Source: Malacoraja senta (taxonomy: Eukaryota). Taken from it: a stretch of 64,000 bases of DNA. The notes under the pieces were generated by a model. That model did no database searches. It saw only the letters and a list, made by a program, of their open reading frames with translations, and had not been told where the DNA came from. Positions within the stretch are counted from its first letter, which is position 1. Each line of letters begins with the position of its first letter. The stretch is from the NCBI GenBank assembly GCA_038087875.1, contig JAXLNO010000384.1, forward strand, positions 1 to 64,000, in the 5' to 3' direction. Shown here piece after piece: positions 1 to 10,693 of the stretch. The position numbers and the translations under genes were made by a program.

Positions 1-416
1 CTGCAGTCTCTTGTGTTGTGATGAGTTGTGGGGAATTCTTGGATGTCCAGCTTTTTTATTCGCCACATGCCATGGAAACCTGCAAAACAAAGAATTTCAG
101 TTTGTAAACTGTACTGAACTGTTTCACTCTATTCAGAAGTAATGCCTGTCCTTGGTTTGCAGAAAATCATTGCCTTATTTTAACTGACTTTCTGGGCTCC
201 CTTTTGCTGTTTTTGTGTTATCTTGATGTTTCAGTGCCCAAAAATCAATAGACATGATTTTGCAAATAGACGAGCTACTAAATGAGTAGCAATGCACAAT
301 GTTCTTGCCTACTGACAATTTAGTCTCTTACTAGATGACAATGTCTACTTTAAACTAAAATATTATCGGAACATTTTAAATGAATTCCTTTTTACTTATG
401 GTCTATCCCTCTGCAG

Positions 417-530
417 TGTGGCTGTAGAGGTTGTTGCACCAACAAGCATTGTACATGCAGGAAGAACGAGTCTAATTGTGGCGATCAATGTAAATGTGAT
501 GCCAGCCATTGCCACAATCGTCCAAACACA
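417..530 (+). CDS. Probable coding exon with KIF4-like Cys-rich (CXC) motif
   Basis: Acceptor ccctctgcag before 417, donor gtaag after 530, 114 nt, phase 0/0. Translates CGCRGCCTNKHCTCRKNESNCGDQCKCDASHCHNRPNT, close in Cys spacing to the KIF4 C-terminal Cys-rich domain. Absent from the ORF track. Confidence 0.75.
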
Positions 531-758
531 GTAAGAATCTTCTTTTTGTCATAAGTGATAAGAGCAGAATTAGGCCATTTGGCCCCATCAAGTCTACTCC
601 GCTATTCAATCGTGGATAATCTATCTCTCCCTCCTAACCCAATTCTCCTGCCATCTTCCCATAACCCTTGACACCCATACTAATCACCTAACTTTGATTC
701 TATATTGTCCCCTAATTTACATTTGATACTTAAATGAATTTTCCACATCTCTTTGCAG

Positions 759-854
759 GAACTGGACCATCTTCCATGTACAACTGGAAGCATCGTAGGT
801 AACAGCAAAAAGGAAGTAGCTTCCAGTTCAACATTTCAATATGTTCCTCCCAAG
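759..854 (+). CDS. Probable next coding exon of the CXC-containing gene
   Basis: ctctttgcag acceptor, AAG|gtgaga donor, 96 nt open in phase 0: ELDHLPCTTGSIVGNSKKEVASSSTFQYVPPK. Confidence 0.6.
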
Positions 855-864
855 GTGAGAATAG

Positions 865-1352
865 AAAACCATGTTCCACGTCTACATGGAGTGTTCGAGG
901 TTGCAGCCCCTGTTCGAGTATCTGAAGGGGCTGCTCCTCAAGTTTTGGCTCCACTTTAGTCCGACATTATTGATTTTTGGGCACCCGGTACAGAGGGGGG
1001 AGGGTCGGGAGGGAGTAGGGGGTCTCCCTGTCGGTCTGCTCCTGGGCCTGGCCAAGATGGCCATTCGCGGGTCCAGGCAGCGGGCAGTCGACGGCCGCAC
1101 AGCGGTCGGCTGCCTGCCCCTTTTCCGGGGTTGTGTCCGTGCCTGCGTGTCCCTGGAGAGGGATCACGCGATGTCCACGGGGACTCTGGAAGCCTTCCGT
1201 GAACGCTGGAGGTCGAATGTATTGTTGATAAAAATGTTAATATTTTAATATGATAACTTTGTAAAATGCCAATATAGGCATTCTTTGATCGTGTTACTAC
1301 TTTGTATTTTTGTTTGTTCTGAATAAAAGCATTTTGTATGGGGGAAAAAAAC
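865..1352 (+). mobile_element. 5'-truncated Tx1/L1-clade LINE 3' end
   Basis: ORF 871-1248 (HVYMECSRLQPLFEYLKGLLLKFWLHFSPTLLIFG) resembles the Tx1 ORF2 C-terminus. AATAAA and A-tail present; 10-bp TSD GTGAGAATAG at 855-864 and 1353-1362. Confidence 0.85.
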
Positions 1353-1827
1353 GTGAGAATAGTGTTGTTCTCATTTCTCCCTTATGTAATAAGCTGTGGG
1401 TGTAATAAGAAAAATTATTGCATTTAAGTAATGTGCTGAGCTGAAATAACAGGATGTCAAATTGAATTAGAGATTGTAATTCATTAAGAATCTAATTTTT
1501 GACGATAAAGTGATTCGTACAGGAATCAAATTACCTACCCAACACAAATCCAAAAGATCTCCCAAGTGGAAATAAAAGTACCGAGAAGAATTCTTGCAAA
1601 TGTTATGGTAATGGACTCATTGTTAAAATACTAGATTAAAAATCGAGGGCACTGAACTAACAAGGGGACTTGTTCAAATCCCCCTATGCCACATGTAGAT
1701 TTCAAATGCAATTAAATCTGGAAGTTTTGATCAACTTTCATTGCTGTTGCTCGATTGAGGATATTTGGCAACCACTTCACTGCTGGTAAACTGAGTTTGT
1801 TCTGATATTATGTGCTTCATTTTACAG

Positions 1828-1920
1828 CCAAAAACCAGATGCGCACCAAACACGCCGCCGCTACAATTACAACAAGAACAAATCTTTGATTGTGTCATTG
1901 GCATTGACCGGATTCTGTAA
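1828..1920 (+). CDS. Candidate terminal coding exon of the CXC-containing gene
   Basis: ttcattttacag acceptor; phase-0 reading PKTRCAPNTPPLQLQQEQIFDCVIGIDRIL then TAA at 1918-1920. Confidence 0.4.
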   Translation, partial: PKTRCAPNTPPLQLQQEQIFDCVIGIDRIL

Positions 1921-3132
1921 AAAGTCAAATAGGCTGTGGGCCGAGCATCAAAAATGTGTCTAGTAATCAATTTTCGTGACCCACATCTCGGAACTACATG
2001 AAATTTTCCACAGATTTAGATGAAGTATAATTAGGCTGTGGGCCGAGCAGCTTTATTCCAGTGTTTCGTGACCCAAGTCACCAAACTACATGAAATTTTC
2101 ACATATTGTGTAAAAAATTTATATAAATCACGCCTGAAACTCGTCATGAACAAGACTTGCACATTTTTATTAAATTAGAGAAAATACGGAAAATTTTCAG
2201 TGTATTTTTAGTCCAATCAAAGCACGTTTAACATTGAGGTGTAAGCCAGTTGGCCAATCATGCGCTTTGTTTCAGGCTAGCTAGGCAGGGAGCACACAAC
2301 ATGGCTGAGAGGGCTTCACTGATGCCTGTTTTACTGGAGACTCCAATGAAGGTTCTTTGTTGTTCTGTGGAATACATGTCGTGGAAACTTGCAGCAGGGT
2401 AATTGAATTTAGTGAGAAAAGCATTAAGAAGTCTGAAGAATGTGCTGCTAAGTGGATAGAAGAGGAACAAAGCCTTGAAAGCAAAGTCGCTGCTGAGGTG
2501 CTGCAACACAAAGTTGTGAAACCAGTGAAACTTTGTGAATCAACTGGAACTGAAAGGTAAGATCTAAAGACTGAATTTATGAAAATCTATCTGTATTGTG
2601 AGGTTCACAATCACGATGCTAGAGATTTTAGAGAAACAAGTTTATTTATTAGCAAGTCTGCAGAGTCGGGTGTCTCCCCTATCAAGACGCACCGAGACCA
2701 GGAAAGTCACTCTCTTTTATTCACACCATTTTACAATGGTTTACACCTTTAATTCCTCCCCTTCGGGCTCCTTCCAATCAGAGCACTGAGGTGCACAATC
2801 TAACCGTAACGCCCCGTAACGCCCAGGGTACCTCCCAGATCATACATCACATGTGCATTTAAATGAGACATCTTGTCATGATGGGCGTGTGTACATATTC
2901 ATGTAAGTTCATTGCCCATGCGGACAGAGAGTTGCTCATGACCCTTACCCTAGTTCTTTGCTGGGCTGTCGCTATCTCCTTTTTGCCCATCCTTGAAATG
3001 TCACCATTTGTACTCACAGCTATTATCTATCTGTGTATTGTCGGGTGTTCGTGCTGCTTAGTTTAAATCAACTATATCTATTAACCCCTTCCTCAGAATC
3101 CACACTTTTAATTTTGCTACGCAACCTTTGAT

Positions 3133-5035
3133 TTATACTATCTCCTCCTTTTCTAATGCTAACAGCAGAATCCTCGCTTCCCTATCTTCCTCTCGCTGGT
3201 CATACTGTGTTCTAAAGGCCATCATGGCAGCGTCATTCTTGGTCAGGGCTGTCTCTATCAATCGCTGAGACAACCCCCGTACACAGGAATGATACAACAT
3301 CCAAATAGACACAGCAACCCCATCATAACTACCACTGATGTTAGGGCTGATGTAAAGATGTGCTTCCATTTCTCAAACCAGGAGTCTAGAAACCCGGTCC
3401 AGGAGGTGTCTACTCCGGAGTTCTCGGCCAATTCGATAGACAGGGAGGTGAGACCTGCTAGGGCTCTCGATACTGACCCATCAGGAGCAGTGTTGTTGGG
3501 GATGAAGGTGCAACATTGTTCCCCAAACATTACACACACCCCTCCTTTCTCAGCCAGTAGCATGTCTAAGGCCATGCGATTTTGCCAGGCCATTAGGCTG
3601 GTATCTGTCAGTTGTTCCGCTAATCCTTCAACCGCATCTCGAGTGTAATTTATAAAGCGTTGTTGATTGTAGTATAGGTAGTTGATCCAGTCCACATTTT
3701 TATTAATTGTGGACCACCAGAAGAGTATGGACTCAAAGCCCGCAGCTATCTGGTTTCTGGCTTTGAATTCATCGGGTACCCCTCTTGGCACCCCTATCGC
3801 ATCTATATATATGTGTGTGTTGAATGATCCTTTCACCCCTCTCTTTTGTCGTCGGCTTCCTTAATGAGTTCTACAGCATGTTCTACTGCTATGGTGAAGG
3901 GCATCATCAATTGTGTGAGGGTACAGGTTCCCGTCCATGACCCCGGTAACCGGGGCCACAGGGTATTCTCCCCGCACCACCACCAGACATCAGCTCTACT
4001 GACTATCTGCTTTCTCAGCCAGGAGCTTTTGAACAGAGGCCCCTGTTCCTCAGCCGTTATGTTATACGTCTGATTGCAGTTGAGCACCTCCCCCATTTCC
4101 TGTCCATCTGGGTTATATCTGGTATAACACTCAAATCCCTCCTCCCCAAGGGGAGTGGTAAATGGAGGAGGTCGAGGGTCTGTCCTTCGGCCCTTTGTAT
4201 TGTTGTTGCTAGCCGGGAATAGGTAATGATAACTCTGGCAGGTCGCATCCTTTGGCAGGATGGGATTCGTGAAAAGCTGTAGTATACATGACATAGCCCC
4301 AGGTGTCCTATCCCAATTCAAGGGAAATGGTACTGGAACCAGCTGAGGCTTAGCTCCGGCGCAGGCGTAGCAATTGGTGTGTTGCATACTCCTGGCCGTG
4401 TACATCATCCAGGCAAGCCAGGTATTGGCTCCCTTTCCTCCTGTAGGTATTCCCTCCTCATATAATTGCCTTAATTCTGTTTCTCCTGCTACTATCATTA
4501 TCTTCAAATCCTTAGGCTCATATTCCGTGGTGACATTTCTGACTACCGGTGATGCTGGTGTTGCCCAGGGATCCCTACTCTGACTGTCATCTATCTGGAA
4601 CCTTTCCCTCCCATCCTCATATTTCACCATATTCCCGTCCCGCTTCACTTCTATCTCAAACCTCAGGCATGCGTCCTTCCCTGTTCTATCTGCACATATC
4701 CAATACCTACCACTTTCCTGCATTTGAACACTCTGTATGCTCACATATATGCGTCCTGGCAATCCCTCGTTCGGGTTTTGATATACTTTCCACCTATCAG
4801 TTTGATAGGTGGTTCAATGCCACCCATATTTTGATTAAATAAACACCGCGTGCCAATCTTTACAGGGATGGGTGCATACATACATTCTATAGCCACACCA
4901 CCATTTTCCTTTACATACATCAAATGGGATGGTGGTGAACCTTCTATTCTGTGGTATTGTGATTTTTATGCATGTTATATTACTCACGAGTTGGGTAACC
5001 ACCCAACACACGACCCACCAACACAAAATCTTCAT
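3133..5035 (-). pseudogene. env: Gamma-type envelope gene of ERV-A (disrupted)
   Basis: Signal peptide MKILCWWVVCWVV, SU CYAC (CxxC) motif, furin-like RRQKR near 3840-3856, immunosuppressive domain WQNRMALDMLLAEKGGVC, CX6CC (CVMFGEQCC) and a TM helix. Two in-frame stops near 4815-4837 and frameshifts near 3850 and 3260. Confidence 0.92.
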
Positions 5036-5430
5036 TTTTCCCACGGGTTCTTGGTAAATATTAAAGTCAATGGTTCCTCTCCTTTGCGCACAGTCCACGG
5101 GCTGATATTGTCTGGTGGGGCATCCACAGGACCCTTAACTCGACTTGCATATGTCCACCCTTTCTTTTTTGTTCGTACTGCCGTCTCGGTGATTAGTAAC
5201 ACCAGGTAGGGTCTAGTCCACTTAGGTTGCAGCTTTTCATCTTTCCACGTTTTTATTAATACCCAGTCTCCAGCCTTGACTGAGTGAATCGGGAAGTCCA
5301 GTGGTGGGCTCTGGGCCAGCAATCCTTTAATTTTTAGTTCTGCAAGAGATTGGGACACTGACAGTAAATAGTTCCTCAGGAACACATCATTCCCTTGCAT
5401 TGTTGGGACTCCTTCTATCTTTCCTAAATA
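5032..5430 (-). pseudogene. Retroviral integrase C-terminal remnant
   Basis: GDWVLIKTWKDEKLQPKWTRPYLVLLITETAVRTKKKGW is a GPY/F-type module, lying immediately upstream of env. Confidence 0.85.
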
Positions 5431-6385
5431 ATAAAGACCTAACTTGTTCAACCTTTCTCTGTGTCTTAGTTGCTGAAACCCAGTCAACATTCTAATTGAT
5501 CTCCTCTGTATCCTCTCTATTTTGTTGACCTTTTTCCTATAATTATGCCTACCAAAATTATACACCATACTCCACAATTGACCTCACTAATACCTTGTAC
5601 AATTTAACATTACAACCCGACTTCTATACACAATGCTCTGATTTATAAAGGCCAACACACCAAAATCTTTCTTTACCATCCTATCTTCATGAGATTCCAC
5701 CTTCAGGGAACTATGCACAGTTATTCCTAGATCCCTCTGTTCAACTTCATTCCTCAATTCACAATCATTTACCATGTACCTTCAATTTTGATTTGTCCTA
5801 CCAAGATGTATCATCTCACACTTATCAACATTAAACCTATCTGTCATGTTTCAACCCACTCTTCCAAATGATCTCAATCTCTCTGTACACTTTTTAAAAT
5901 CTACTTCATTATTCACAACACCACCTATCTTAGTGTCATCTACATACTTATTACTCTATTTTACCACACCAACATCCAGATTATTGATTCACATGACAAA
6001 CAACAGTGGACCCAACACACATACCTGAGGTACCCCTCTAGTCACTGACCTCCAACCTGACAAACATCCATCCACCATTGCTCTCTGACATCTCCCATAC
6101 AGCCACTTTTTAATCCATCTTGCTATTCCTTACTAACCCTTCTTAACCAACCTTATTTCCTTATTGAACCTTGTCAAAGGCCTTACTGAAGTTCATCTAG
6201 ACAACATCCTCCACCACTTTACCCTCATCAATTTCCCTAATAACCTTTTCAAAAAATTCAAGATTAGTCAAACATCACAATCACAAATCCATGCTAATTC
6301 TTCCTAATCTTACCCTATTGATCCAAATTCTTATATATTGTCTTAAGTATCCTTACCATTATTTTGCCCACCACTGATGTCAAAC
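5431..6385 (-). mobile_element. CR1 RT fragment embedded inside ERV-A
   Basis: KIERIQRRSIRMLTGFQQLRHRERLNKLGLY and QRDLGITVHSSLKV are CR1 ORF2 motifs. The same insert occurs at about 53910-54840 in ERV-B. Confidence 0.85.
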
Positions 6386-9300
6386 AACGTTCTTGTTAAA
6401 ACTCTACTCTTTTCTCACATCTTTGTCCTCCTCTTCACTTACCTCAGGGCTATTATCTATTCATACCTGCGGGACAGCCCTCATGTAATTATTGAAATGG
6501 TACTAGGTATATCATCCTTCTACCTGAACATCGGTCGGTAGTTTAGAAAACTCATACATATACCTTGTCTTCAGGTTTAAAGGGTCCTCCCCCCTGGTCC
6601 ACCTCCAACAGCTTTTACTTTTCCTGTTCATAAATAGACTTGTATATCATAATTAACTGTTTCATATACTTTTTAAATTCTATCTTTAACTGTTCCAAAC
6701 TCTGTCTCTTGTAGGCACCTCTCCATTGTGCCACCTGCTCGGTTAGTTTGCATGCAACATCTCTTCAAGTCTATTTATATTAACCTTCAATGTTCCATTT
6801 ATTATTTCCACCATGCCTGTGACTGCAGGTGTTACATACCCAAATGTGTATTTTACTCTAAGGGTCTCTATCGCTAATTTAGCTACTCCCTAAATGAAAA
6901 CAATCCGTTGTCAAAGCTGATTTCTGTAGGTCTACCAAACCTCTTAATTACCTTATTCATCATAGACGACACTACAGGGCTTATACCTAATCTAGTCTGT
7001 ACTATATCCTGCCTTTTCCCAAGGTTATCATCCTCTGTCCTACATTCTGAAGTATATATATATATTTTTTAAATCTCTCTCTCTCTCTTACATCGCTTTT
7101 CACTTATGGAACAATACCAACAAATCCTCCTTTAAATCCCTTTCTCTCTTGGGGACCCCAGTCCTGTTAGGGCTTATATCCAGATTAATTTCATTCCTGA
7201 TAGGACTTTTTGAGGAAACGTTCCCCAAAGACATTCATTATTGGCATGTAATTTTCTGGCCCTGCTTGGTTCTGTCATAGGATTCACTTAGATCCATTGT
7301 TTATTGACAACAGCTCCTCCTGCTGGTTTGCAAGTCTTTTTCCTATCTTTGCGATATTTCTCGACCGCAGAGACCAACTGTTCGCTGAATCTGCTTGACT
7401 TTAAGAAGAATGACATCCACCACAGTAGTTCATAATATAATGTTCATCAATAAACTCTCCACCTTTTCAGCTGGTTTTCCAGATAGGCTATTTGCCTTTC
7501 CTTGTGTATCTCCCCTTTGTTCCTTGGGGTTCCTCTTAAGTGAGTAACATTGTCTGAGGGCCTGCCATACCCTCTGCCCGACTGTGTCAAACAGTATGCC
7601 ATTGCTTGTTACATTGTTCGCATCAGTTTATACCATCCATCTTCAGTAGTTCTGTCACTTTAGTGGTTCCCATCACTTTTACCAACAGTGCCTTCAAATC
7701 TTCCATGATCAATAATCGTCCCACGTTCTCCTCCTCCAAAGCCCTAATCCTTTTTTTAGCCCTCTCAGTTTATGGGTGCCCCAAGGGATAATCTGTGTCT
7801 GTCCTTCTCTTTTCTCTTTAAAGCAGTCTCATCAATTTATCCCAATGCTTCCAACTTTAATCCTTTCTGGTATGCCTTCTTTCTTATTCTAAACTCAATT
7901 TCTTGTTTCTCAAATATTCTAGCCTCCTTGCAAATTCATTCACCTTTCTTTTTTAAATCTTCCACTGACTCCTCCTGCTTTATTACTTTCACGCCTGTCG
8001 TTTTTCTACTTCTGTTATCTTCTAACTGCCTCTCTCTCCTTTCTTTCTAAACTTGAATGTTTACCAATTAACTTATTTCCAATTATTTCAATCCATATTC
8101 ACCACTATTTTAAATGTCCAATTCCTAGCACTAGTAACAATTTTCCAAATGATCTTTACTGACTAGAAATCTAAAAGAACATCAGAAAAACCAAAAGCTG
8201 ATTTTACAATTTCCCCTTCTAGGTTACGAAGATACAAACTATTAATCGTTATCTTACAGCTGTTCGTCGCCTTTCACCATGACCTGATTTATTTAAAGGA
8301 ACATACACCTACCTACAGTGGACATTTTTGATTCTAATAAAACTTACTTACTTACTTACTCTTACAATGTGGTCTACAAATAGAATAAACAAAATAATTA
8401 TCACATATATAAACTTCCTCTTTCGTTCAAAACCGGTTTTTACACACAAATCACATTCGTTCCATTCTTACTTCAAATAAATGCAACATCTTTTATATGT
8501 ATTAAAACTCAAAATAACAGAATCAAATCATTTTTGTCTTCTCCAATCCCTGGGTATTTCTCTGCCCCCAGAGGCTCAGCATTCGCCCCAACGGACTATT
8601 AGGCAGAATGCGGGGGTCGGGCTTACCGCCCTTCCCCTCCCTTTTGGGCTTTCCGTTTTCATTGCCCATCCTGCCGATCGGAATTTCCCCGCGATCTATT
8701 TAATCGCCCGATTAGTACTTAATAGTCAGTTTTCTTACCCTGGTCTTGTGCACAAGAATCACTCGATTTGTCTCCTCGCGATTTCCAACTACTCCCACTT
8801 TTTTCTCTAATCTCTGGTCTGGGATATCACTCGCTCAAACCGCTGACGGCAAGCAAGGGGTCTAGGGCCGCTGAATCAGCGGGGTGCACCGTCCCTTCCC
8901 CCGTATACCGCCGCCAGCTGGCCGGAGTGGCAATCCCGAGACGAGCCCCCATCTGTGAGGTGCAAAAAACTGATTGCTCACAATCACGATGCTAGAGAAT
9001 TTAGAGAAACAAGTTTATTTATTAGCAAGTCTGCAGAGTCGGGTGTCTCCCCTATCAAGACACACCGAGACCAGGAAAGTCACTCTGTTTAATTCACACC
9101 ATTTTACAGTGGTTTGCACCTTTAATTCCTCCCCTTCGGGCTCCTTCCAATCAGAGCACTGAGGTGCACAATCTAACCGTAACGTCCCGCAACGCCCAGG
9201 GTACCCCCCAGATCATACATCGCATGTGCATTTAAATGAGACATCTTGTCATGATGGGCGTGTGTACATATTCATGTAAGTTCATTGCCCATGTGCACAG

Positions 9301-9536
9301 AGAGTTGCTCATGACCCTTACCCTAGTTCTTTGCTGGGTTGTCGCTATCTCCTTTTTCCCATCCTTGAAATGTCACCATTTGTACTCACGGCTATTATCT
9401 ATCTGTGTATTGTCAGGTGTTCGTGCTGCTTAGTTCAAATCAACTATACCTATTAACCCCTTCCTCACATGTATGGACTTTAATTAATTTAATTGCACCC
9501 TTTTATAATGTGAAAAAATTAGATTTCGAGGCTGTA

Positions 9537-9690
9537 CATTCACTCATTCATTCACTCATTCATTCATTCATTCATTCATTCATTCATTCACTCACTCACT
9601 CACTCACTCACTCATTCACTCACTCACTCATTCACTCATTCACTCATTCATTCACTCACTCATTCACTCATTCATTCACTCACTCACTCT
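9537..9690. repeat. (TCAT/TCAC)n microsatellite
   Basis: Visible tetranucleotide array. Confidence 0.95.
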
Positions 9691-10439
9691 TTCATGAAGT
9701 TGAGGGCCTAAACTATGTGTATCCATAACACAGTAAATTACACATTTTCACTAATGCCAGCTTGTTGTAGTCTAATAAGTCTTTAACATCTAATCTCGGA
9801 GCTGCCTGCGATAACTTACCGGGAAAAAGTGCTCTGACCGTGGGGCCTAGGTACTTGATATAGTGAAGCCGCAGTCTCAATTAAGAAGTGGCCGATTCGC
9901 GAACGCGGAGCCGCGGGGTGTGTTTGGATCATTTCCGCGGCGGGGAGGCTGTACATAGTGCCGTCCGCAGCAGCCAATTTCCAGGCCCCGACCACGGGAG
10001 AAAAACGGAGGGATATTTATCGCACTTTATAGGCTTCTATTGGAGTGAGAAATGGTCAGAAATGGTTGATGTTTCTGTAGAAATGAATTGGTGTATGTGA
10101 ACTTGAACTAATTTTTCTATGGTAGTAACCTATTGTTATTCTCATTAACATTAAGAAGAGGTTGAAATTTTATGAATTGAAGTCCATGCAGACTTAATGA
10201 CTATGAGATTTTTTTTCTGTAGCCTCTGCCTGACCCTCCACTTGAACTTGAACTATCGCAAAATACTTTGAATCTGATGAAGAATATTCAGATGAAGATC
10301 AGATGTAATGTAAACAAAATAAATTGGGGAAATAAATGATTATTTTAATGTCGATCGTTTCACTGTTTATTTGGTCAAATTATTTAAACAATGAGTGAAT
10401 TACTTATGATAATGGCGTGCTGGTGAATGACTGCGACAT

Positions 10440-10693
10440 TCCACCCACCGATCCACACAGACATACATACATTCACACATCCACACACACATCCATCCGT
10501 ACGCACACTTCCATGCATGCAAACACACACATACATGCACACATAAATCCGCATACACACACATCCACAAATCCATTCACACGCAGACATACATGTACAC
10601 GTCCACACATACATGCACACATACATGCAACCACACGTACATACACACATCCACAGATACACGTTTGAAAGGTATACACAGACACACACACAA
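10440..10693. repeat. CA-rich degenerate microsatellite inside Academ-like element
   Basis: Visible; the inverted homolog (GT-rich) lies at about 12395-12700. Confidence 0.9.

Larger units (their letters stand above)
2597..9469 (-). mobile_element. Defective env-bearing endogenous retrovirus (ERV-A)
   Basis: LTRs 2597-3095 and 8953-9469; TSD TGTAT at 2592-2596 and 9470-9474. tRNA-Pro-like PBS (minus strand TGGGGGCTCGTCTCGGGAT, about 8932-8950); PPT-like AAAAGTGTGGATT next to the 3' LTR; env and integrase remnants. Confidence 0.93.

Noticed and set aside
1..100. Possible minus-strand exon (acceptor-like ttgttttgcag near 80-95) or plus-strand PWKPAK KIF4-like peptide
   Set aside because: Truncated by the window edge and too short to support either reading.
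4741..4923. GGVAIECMY as the first Cys strand of an Ig domain in env
   Set aside because: Out of frame; the signal-peptide ORF (4835-5098) and the SU ORF (3833-4762) already share one frame.
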